NCBI GenBank assembly: GCA_001788495.1
Contig: MGCF01000114.1
Location: forward strand, 1,074 to 65,073
From: Candidatus Rokubacteria bacterium RIFCSPLOWO2_02_FULL_73_56
Lineage (GTDB): Bacteria; Methylomirabilota; Methylomirabilia; Rokubacteriales; CSP1-6
Reading direction: 5' to 3'
Length of the DNA stretch: 64,000 nucleotides
The DNA itself: not shown here
How positions within the stretch are numbered: the stretch's first letter is position 1
Below: more model-generated notes on this DNA
Told to the model about the DNA's origin: nothing
Seen by the model: only the letters and a program-made list of their open reading frames with translations
Database searches by the model: none

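Larger units (their letters stand above)
54625..63730 (-). other. Discontinuous BNR/Asp-box (VPS10/GH74-like) beta-propeller
   Basis: In order: GLFRSLDGGRTF, GIWRSEDRGRSW, GRIVFA, GRIFRVD, PHSDARTMVFD, ANDGGL, GAQD, GLYESFDGGQT, VYATTDGGTTWADITG, LLVGVNDGVF, WTELGLGLPNMPINDIQY, LVVATLGRGAF. Confidence 0.8.

Noticed and set aside
50807-63514. Very long alternative-frame ORFs on the minus strand (e.g. 4235 aa, and 2340, 1973, 1697, 1465, 1407 aa elsewhere)
   Set aside because: Arg/Gly/Pro-rich shadow frames of the giant gene. Stops are scarce because of extreme GC3 bias, and no protein-like motifs are present.
10310-63730. Inteins or mobile elements as the explanation for the nested insertions
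   Set aside because: I saw no intein splice-junction or homing-endonuclease motifs, transposase or terminal repeats. The inserts are structural repeat arrays.
63907-63909. GTG given as the start of the giant ORF
   Set aside because: The frame is open to the window edge and the GTG lies in the middle of an RFTA-type repeat.

Overview
High-GC (about 70% by eye) bacterial DNA. About 97% of the window is one uninterrupted minus-strand ORF (2047 to >64000). It encodes at least 20,650 aa and is still open at the right edge, so its true N-terminus lies outside the window. The product looks like a giant secreted or surface RTX-type protein built from many repeat families. From N- to C-terminus these are: a BNR/Asp-box beta-propeller split by long repeat insertions, about 15 beta-rich ~180-aa repeats with Ca-binding-type loops, about 23 Ig-like repeats, RTX blocks, a CBM-like jelly-roll, Calx-beta-like and PPC-like domains, a long GDNG-type beta-roll, and a His/Trp-rich C-terminus. 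Its most striking property is nesting: recognisable domains are repeatedly split by arrays of other domains, up to ~1,500 aa long. The left 2 kb holds a SAM methyltransferase and a MaoC-type dehydratase on the minus strand. Divergent from them is a 65-aa orphan ORF with a consensus sigma54 promoter and a triple-palindrome upstream site, which converges on the giant gene. Domain calls come from reading motifs by eye, not from database searches, and internal boundaries are approximate.
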